A DNA stretch of 64,000 nucleotides from an uncultured Ignavibacteria bacterium (GTDB lineage Bacteria; Bacteroidota; Ignavibacteria; Tepidaquicellales; Tepidaquicellaceae). Location: positions 284 through 64,283 of the forward strand of contig CALEVL010000173.1 in NCBI GenBank assembly GCA_937924675.1, given 5' to 3'. Below are positions 58,800 to 64,000 of this stretch, piece after piece. Position 1 is the stretch's first letter, and the number at the start of each line of letters is the position of its first letter. The translations under genes and the position numbers were made by a program. The notes beneath the pieces are model-generated. The model saw nothing but the letters and a program-made list of their open reading frames with translations. It searched no databases and was not told where the DNA came from.

Positions 58800-61700
58800 A
58801 TGAACAACATTAAAGATCTTCTGAAAAGGCGTATCCTCGTACTTGACGGTGCCATGGGTACAATGATCCAGCGGTATAAACTCGAAGAAGCTGACTTCCG
58901 CGGAGAACGGTTCAAAGATCATCCGCATTTGTTGAAAGGTAATAATGATCTGCTGTCATTGACTCGTCCCGATATTATAAAGGAAATTCACTTTAAATAT
59001 TTTGAGGCGGGAGCGGATATAGCAGAGACGAACACATTCAGCAGTACATCTATTGCACAAGCAGATTACAGACTTGAGCACATCGTCTATGAACTGAATT
59101 TTGAATCAGCGAAGATCGCAAAAGAAGTTGCAGATGAGTTTACAAAATTGAACCCGTCAAAGCAGAGGTTCGTGGCCGGCTCTATGGGACCCACAAACCG
59201 GACTGCATCACTTTCTCCCGATGTAAATGATCCGGGATTCAGGGCAACTTCATTTGATCAGCTTGCCGATGCATATTATGAACAGGCAAAGGGACTTGTG
59301 GACGGAGGTGCAGATATCCTGCTGGTTGAAACGATCTTTGATACACTGAATGCAAAGGCAGCTCTGTACGCTATTCAGAAGTTGTTTGATGACACGGGAA
59401 GAACGGTGCCGGTCATGGTTTCGGGAACGATAACCGATGCAAGCGGACGAACTCTTTCAGGACAAACTGTTGAAGCATTTCTTTACTCAATGTCACACAT
59501 GGATCTGCTTAGTATCGGATTCAACTGTGCTCTCGGCGCAAAGCAGCTGCGCCCACACATCTCTGATATTGCAGAGAAGACATCACTTCTTGTCAGCGCT
59601 CACCCAAATGCAGGACTTCCAAATGCTTTTGGCGAATATGATGAGACGCCTCAATCAACTGCGAGTCAGCTTGAGGAGTTTATGCGTGAAGGACTCCTGA
59701 ATATTGTAGGGGGCTGTTGCGGTACAACTCCTGATCACATAAGAGCCATTGCTGATGTTGCGAAAAAGTACAGCCCAAGAGTTCCGGCTGAGGTGGAGCA
59801 GTTTCCGCACTACAGTGGACTTGAACCGCTCGCAGTCTATAAAGGCAGCAATTTCATAAATGTCGGTGAAAGAACTAACGTTACCGGTTCTGCAAAATTC
59901 AAGAAACTTATTAAGGACGGAAAATTTGAGGAAGCCCTGTCTATAGCGCGTGATCAGGTTGAAGGCGGAGCGCAGGTAATTGATGTGAACATGGATGAAG
60001 GCATGCTTGATTCGGAAGAAGCTATGACAAAGTTTCTACATCTCATCGCATCAGAACCTGACATTGCAAGACTCCCGATCATGATCGACTCTTCCAAATG
60101 GTCAGTCATTGAAGCCGGATTAAAATGTGTTCAGGGCAAAGCAATTGTAAATTCTATATCGCTAAAAGAAGGCGAGGAGAAGTTCAAAGAATATGCACAC
60201 AAGGTTAGAATGTATGGTGCCGCAGTTATTGTCATGGCGTTTGATGAGAAAGGTCAGGCAGACAGTTTTGAAAGAAAGATTGAGATATGCAAACGCGCCT
60301 ATGACATTCTTACTCAAGAAGTTGGCTTTGATTCTAATGACATTATATTTGATCCGAATATACTCACGGTTGCAACAGGAATAGATGAGCATAACAACTA
60401 TGCCGTTGATTACATCAATGCGACCAGATGGATCAAGCAGAATCTTCCCGGAGCACAGGTCAGTGGCGGCGTTAGCAATATTTCATTCTCTTTCAGAGGC
60501 AACAACAGAGTTCGCGAAGCAATGCATTCGGCATTTCTATATCATGCGATCAATGCCGGAATGGATATGGGAATTGTCAACCCCGGTATGATTGAAGTGT
60601 ACGAAGAAATAGATAAGGAACTTCTCGAGAGAGTTGAAGACGTATTGTTGAACAGGCGGCAGGATGCTACAGAGAGACTCGTGGATTATGCGGAGACAGT
60701 CAAAGGCGATGGAAAGACAATTGTAAAAGACGATGCATGGAGAAACCTCGGTGTCAAAGAGAGGCTGACACATTCATTGGTAAAAGGGATAACGGATTTT
60801 ATAGATGAAGATACTGAGGAAGCAAGGAAATTGTTTGAGAGGCCTATACAGGTAATAGAAGGACCTCTTATGGACGGAATGAATGTAGTTGGTGATCTTT
60901 TTGGTGAAGGCAAGATGTTTCTGCCGCAGGTTGTGAAGAGCGCGAGAGTCATGAAGAAAGCCGTGGCTTATCTTCTTCCTTTCATAGAAGCAGAAAAGCA
61001 GGAAGATGCCAAGCCGAAAGGAAAAATTCTTCTCGCTACTGTGAAAGGCGATGTGCATGATATCGGAAAGAATATTGTGGGAGTTGTGCTGGGATGCAAC
61101 AATTACGATGTGGTCGATCTCGGAGTGATGGTTCCAAGTGAAAAGATTCTTGAGACTGCCAGAAAAGAAAAGGTAGACGTGATTGGACTGAGCGGGCTCA
61201 TTACACCTTCTCTCGATGAAATGGTTCATGTTGCCAAAGAAATGGAGCGAGAGGGTTTCGACATTCCGCTGCTCATAGGCGGTGCAACAACATCAAAGAT
61301 GCATACCGCAGTAAAGATCGAACAGAATTACAAACGCGGGCAGACAATTCATGTACTTGATGCATCACGCTCTGTTCCTGTTGTCGGAAATCTCCTGGGT
61401 GACGGAATGCAAAGTCTCATCAACGATACAAAAAAAGAATATCAGCGACTGCGTGAGCAGCATGAGAAAAGCAGGGAAGAAGTCAAGTTTGTTTCAATTG
61501 AAGAGGCAAGAAAGAATAAGTTCAGCATTGATTGGAAGCAGGATGATATTTACAAACCTGCTCTGATTGGAGTTGAGAGATTTGAAGATTATTCACTTCT
61601 CGAGATATCACAATTCATTGACTGGACACCATTCTTCCGCACTTGGGAACTTGCCGGAAAGTATCCTGACATTCTTGATGACAAGATTGTCGGCGAACAG

Positions 61701-62462
61701 GCTAAGAATCTGTTCATCGACGCGCAGGCAATATTGAAGAAGATCATTGAAGAGAAGTGGCTTAAGGCAAACGGTGTGATCGGAATATGGAATGCAAATT
61801 CTGTTGGTGACGATATTGAAATTTATTCAGATGATGCGAGAAAAACTGCTTACAAGACAATAAGCATGTTAAGGCAGCAACGTGAAAGATCAAGAGGAGT
61901 GCCGTATCTTTGTCTGTCAGATTTCATCGCACCCAAGGAAACAGGACTTCATGACTACATAGGCGGCTTTGCTGTAACAGCCGGTCTTGGAATAGAAGAA
62001 CACATTGAGAAATTTCAGAAGGAGAATGATGATTATAACAAGATCATGTTGCAGGCTTTGGCAGACCGCTTGGCCGAAGCATTTGCAGAATTAATGCATA
62101 AGAAAGTCAGAACAGAATTGTGGGGATACTCAAAAAATGAATCACTGACAAATGATGAACTGATCAGAGAAAGCTACATAGGTATAAGACCCGCACCGGG
62201 ATATCCCGCATGCCCTGATCATACTGAGAAGATAACATTGTTCAGTTTGCTTGATGCAGAGAACAACACCGGCATCAAACTCACAGAAAGTATGGCAATG
62301 TATCCTGCGTCATCAGTTAGCGGACTCTACTTTGCGCATAAAGAATCCAAATATTTTGGGGTGCAGAAAATAGCAAAGGATCAGGTAGAAGATTATTCGG
62401 TGAGGAAAGGTGTCTCAGTTGATGTTGCTGAAAAATGGCTTGCGCCAAACCTGGGATACTGA
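58800..62462 (+). CDS. metH: Cobalamin-dependent methionine synthase
   Basis: 1220 aa with Hcy-binding ([11 protein letters not shown]), pterin-binding, B12-binding DxHxxG ([12 protein letters not shown]) and C-terminal reactivation domains. Confidence 0.98.
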   Translation: MNNIKDLLKRRILVLDGAMGTMIQRYKLEEADFRGERFKDHPHLLKGNNDLLSLTRPDIIKEIHFKYFEAGADIAETNTFSSTSIAQADYRLEHIVYELNFESAKIAKEVADEFTKLNPSKQRFVAGSMGPTNRTASLSPDVNDPGFRATSFDQLADAYYEQAKGLVDGGADILLVETIFDTLNAKAALYAIQKLFDDTGRTVPVMVSGTITDASGRTLSGQTVEAFLYSMSHMDLLSIGFNCALGAKQLRPHISDIAEKTSLLVSAHPNAGLPNAFGEYDETPQSTASQLEEFMREGLLNIVGGCCGTTPDHIRAIADVAKKYSPRVPAEVEQFPHYSGLEPLAVYKGSNFINVGERTNVTGSAKFKKLIKDGKFEEALSIARDQVEGGAQVIDVNMDEGMLDSEEAMTKFLHLIASEPDIARLPIMIDSSKWSVIEAGLKCVQGKAIVNSISLKEGEEKFKEYAHKVRMYGAAVIVMAFDEKGQADSFERKIEICKRAYDILTQEVGFDSNDIIFDPNILTVATGIDEHNNYAVDYINATRWIKQNLPGAQVSGGVSNISFSFRGNNRVREAMHSAFLYHAINAGMDMGIVNPGMIEVYEEIDKELLERVEDVLLNRRQDATERLVDYAETVKGDGKTIVKDDAWRNLGVKERLTHSLVKGITDFIDEDTEEARKLFERPIQVIEGPLMDGMNVVGDLFGEGKMFLPQVVKSARVMKKAVAYLLPFIEAEKQEDAKPKGKILLATVKGDVHDIGKNIVGVVLGCNNYDVVDLGVMVPSEKILETARKEKVDVIGLSGLITPSLDEMVHVAKEMEREGFDIPLLIGGATTSKMHTAVKIEQNYKRGQTIHVLDASRSVPVVGNLLGDGMQSLINDTKKEYQRLREQHEKSREEVKFVSIEEARKNKFSIDWKQDDIYKPALIGVERFEDYSLLEISQFIDWTPFFRTWELAGKYPDILDDKIVGEQAKNLFIDAQAILKKIIEEKWLKANGVIGIWNANSVGDDIEIYSDDARKTAYKTISMLRQQRERSRGVPYLCLSDFIAPKETGLHDYIGGFAVTAGLGIEEHIEKFQKENDDYNKIMLQALADRLAEAFAELMHKKVRTELWGYSKNESLTNDELIRESYIGIRPAPGYPACPDHTEKITLFSLLDAENNTGIKLTESMAMYPASSVSGLYFAHKESKYFGVQKIAKDQVEDYSVRKGVSVDVAEKWLAPNLGY

Positions 62463-62468
62463 AAGAGC

Positions 62469-62503
62469 AATTAGAAATTAGAAATTAGGAATTAGAAATA
62501 ATT
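62469..62503 (+). repeat. Tandem heptamer array (AATTAGA/AATTAGG), 6 nt after the metH stop
   Basis: AATTAGA AATTAGA AATTAGG AATTAGA AATAATT. Shares the 13-mer GGAATTAGAAATA with the array 3' of korB, read in the sense orientation in both cases. Confidence 0.7.
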
Positions 62504-62576
62504 TGGTTGAACATATTTCTGTGAAGCTGATTCAGGAGATTTTTTTGAGACAGACGAGGAAACAATTTGTTTGCAA

Positions 62577-64000
62577 TTATTGATGATGCATTTCCAGAAA
62601 GTCTCTTGCTATGCTGAGTGAGCGAAGTCTTTTCACTTTTTTTTCTTCATGTGCTGACATTCTCTTATCAATGTCTTTCAAGACTCTGATTGCATCGTTT
62701 ATGAACGGACCTTTATTCAGCATGACACATTCAGCTCTGACTGACTTCACTGCATCCGAAATTTCTGCCCGGCTAGGCATTCCTTTCCCAACAAGATTCT
62801 CAAATACCTGCGTTGCCCAGATAAGCGGTATATGAGCTGCCTCTGCAAGCCATAGCATTTCTTCCTGAACCTCTGCCATTCTCCTGAATCCCATTTCAAC
62901 AGCCAGATCGCCGCGGGCTATCATTAGCCCGATATTCGGTGACCTCATTGCCTTTGTTACCAGCATAGGGAGATTTGAGAATGCCTCAACAGTTTCTATT
63001 TTCAAGATCAATCCAAAGTCATTCTTACCAAGGGCTGTCAACCTCTTCTGAAGCTCATCTACATCGGCAGGTTTTCTCACAAATGAGTATCCGAGCATAT
63101 CGGCATTCTCAACTATGAAAGGCAACATATCAATGTCCTCTTTTGTAAGTGAAGGAATTGTCAGTGTTGAGTCGGGCAGATTCACACCCTTTTGATTCTT
63201 AAGATACGCCGAGCCTTTCGCCGAGTAAGTGACTTGCAACTCAATTCCGTTCTTCAACTTTTTCTTAACAACCGTAAAGATTTTCCCGTCATCAAAGATT
63301 ACCCTTTCACCGGTCCTGATCTGTTTCATTATCTCAGGTATGGAGATACCGATTGTCTTTGCGTCATTAGTCAGAGCATGGTCATTTATTATCCGCAAAA
63401 TATCAGATTCCTTCAGCAGTATTCCTTTATCTTTATCTGACTTGATCATTGTTCTGATTTTAGGACCCGCAAGGTCCATATAGACCTTAACATTTTTCCT
63501 TTGTGACTTTGATGCCTTTTTTACATTTGAAATCATTCGCTTCCATACGTCGAGACTATCATGTGCAGTGTTTATCCGCGCAATTCTCATTCCACTGCCG
63601 ACTAGTTCATAAATAATATCATAATCATCTGCGGATTCTGAAGGAAGCGTCACCATGATAAACGTCTCCCCGGTAGAATTTGATTTGCCAAACAGCCTTT
63701 CGGATTTCCTCTTCAATATCAGCTTGCTTCTATTAAGATCAAGCTTATTGTAAACAATTGCTTCGCTATCTTTTCCGAGCAGCATTCGGATGAGAAATTC
63801 GGTCTTCTGAATATTATTCATTACATAACCTTCGGAGTGAGCTTGTGAAGATATTGCCAGATCGCTAAGCTCGGTTTGCAGATGTCTGATATCATGACTT
63901 CGGATTGCCATGTAATGAATCAAGTTCAGTATAGATTCTTTGTGAAAAGGGTGAGCTTCATTTATATGGACCGCAAGTTTCTTTTCAGAGAGGATACATT
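62577..64000 (-). CDS. Pyruvate-kinase-like protein (barrel domain only, N-terminal extension); 5' end lies beyond the window edge
   Basis: PK core motifs IMVTLPS, MRIARINTAH, LAGPKIRT, LKIET, MIARGDLAVEMG, WATQVFENL and SRAEISDA. It ends right after the A domain. I translated the frame upstream of the TTG at 63923 and found no stop through 63998, so the gene is probably 5'-truncated by the window. Confidence 0.8.
   Translation of the reverse strand, partial: CILSEKKLAVHINEAHPFHKESILNLIHYMAIRSHDIRHLQTELSDLAISSQAHSEGYVMNNIQKTEFLIRMLLGKDSEAIVYNKLDLNRSKLILKRKSERLFGKSNSTGETFIMVTLPSESADDYDIIYELVGSGMRIARINTAHDSLDVWKRMISNVKKASKSQRKNVKVYMDLAGPKIRTMIKSDKDKGILLKESDILRIINDHALTNDAKTIGISIPEIMKQIRTGERVIFDDGKIFTVVKKKLKNGIELQVTYSAKGSAYLKNQKGVNLPDSTLTIPSLTKEDIDMLPFIVENADMLGYSFVRKPADVDELQKRLTALGKNDFGLILKIETVEAFSNLPMLVTKAMRSPNIGLMIARGDLAVEMGFRRMAEVQEEMLWLAEAAHIPLIWATQVFENLVGKGMPSRAEISDAVKSVRAECVMLNKGPFINDAIRVLKDIDKRMSAHEEKKVKRLRSLSIARDFLEMHHQ

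Overview
This window is mostly a housekeeping chromosomal segment from a low-GC diderm bacterium. Gene content and order fit the Ignavibacteria/Chlorobi/Bacteroidota (FCB) group best, but that taxon call is inference only.

Layout:
- 0-11.5 kb (+): tRNA-Trp, then secE-nusG-rplK-rplA-rplJ-rplL-rpoB-rpoC.
- 11.6-13.1 kb (+): a secreted HExxH peptidase-like protein.
- 13.3-30.1 kb (+): a complete, translationally coupled dcw cluster, mraZ-rsmH-ftsL-ftsI-murE-murF-mraY-murD-ftsW-murG-(orphan membrane ORF)-murC-ftsQ-ftsA-ftsZ. It is preceded by a promoter and three MraZ-operator-like direct repeats.
- 30.4-40.6 kb (+): an 11-gene nuoABCDHIJKLMN operon with no nuoEFG, plus a small unknown ORF coupled to nuoN.
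- 40.7-56.0 kb (-): DUF502-like membrane protein, META-domain lipoprotein, amidohydrolase lipoprotein, korAB 2-oxoacid:ferredoxin oxidoreductase, a DHOD-like flavoprotein, a beta-barrel OMP, a Cys-type arylsulfatase and PFOR (nifJ).
- 56.4-58.1 kb (+): three tandem paralogous small lipoproteins of unknown function.
- 58.3-62.5 kb (+): a SAM-I riboswitch with terminator, then metH.
- 62.6-64.0 kb (-): a pyruvate-kinase-like gene that runs off the window edge.

I see no rRNA, CRISPR array, transposase, integrase, phage gene or recognisable defence or toxin system. I found no compelling multi-gene novel system. The least explained signals are:
- the Cys-X17-Cys lipoprotein triplet;
- heptanucleotide micro-arrays placed just 3' of stop codons, with two unlinked copies of one family;
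- orphan ORFs embedded in the dcw and nuo operons;
- a long imperfect inverted repeat in the metH leader.
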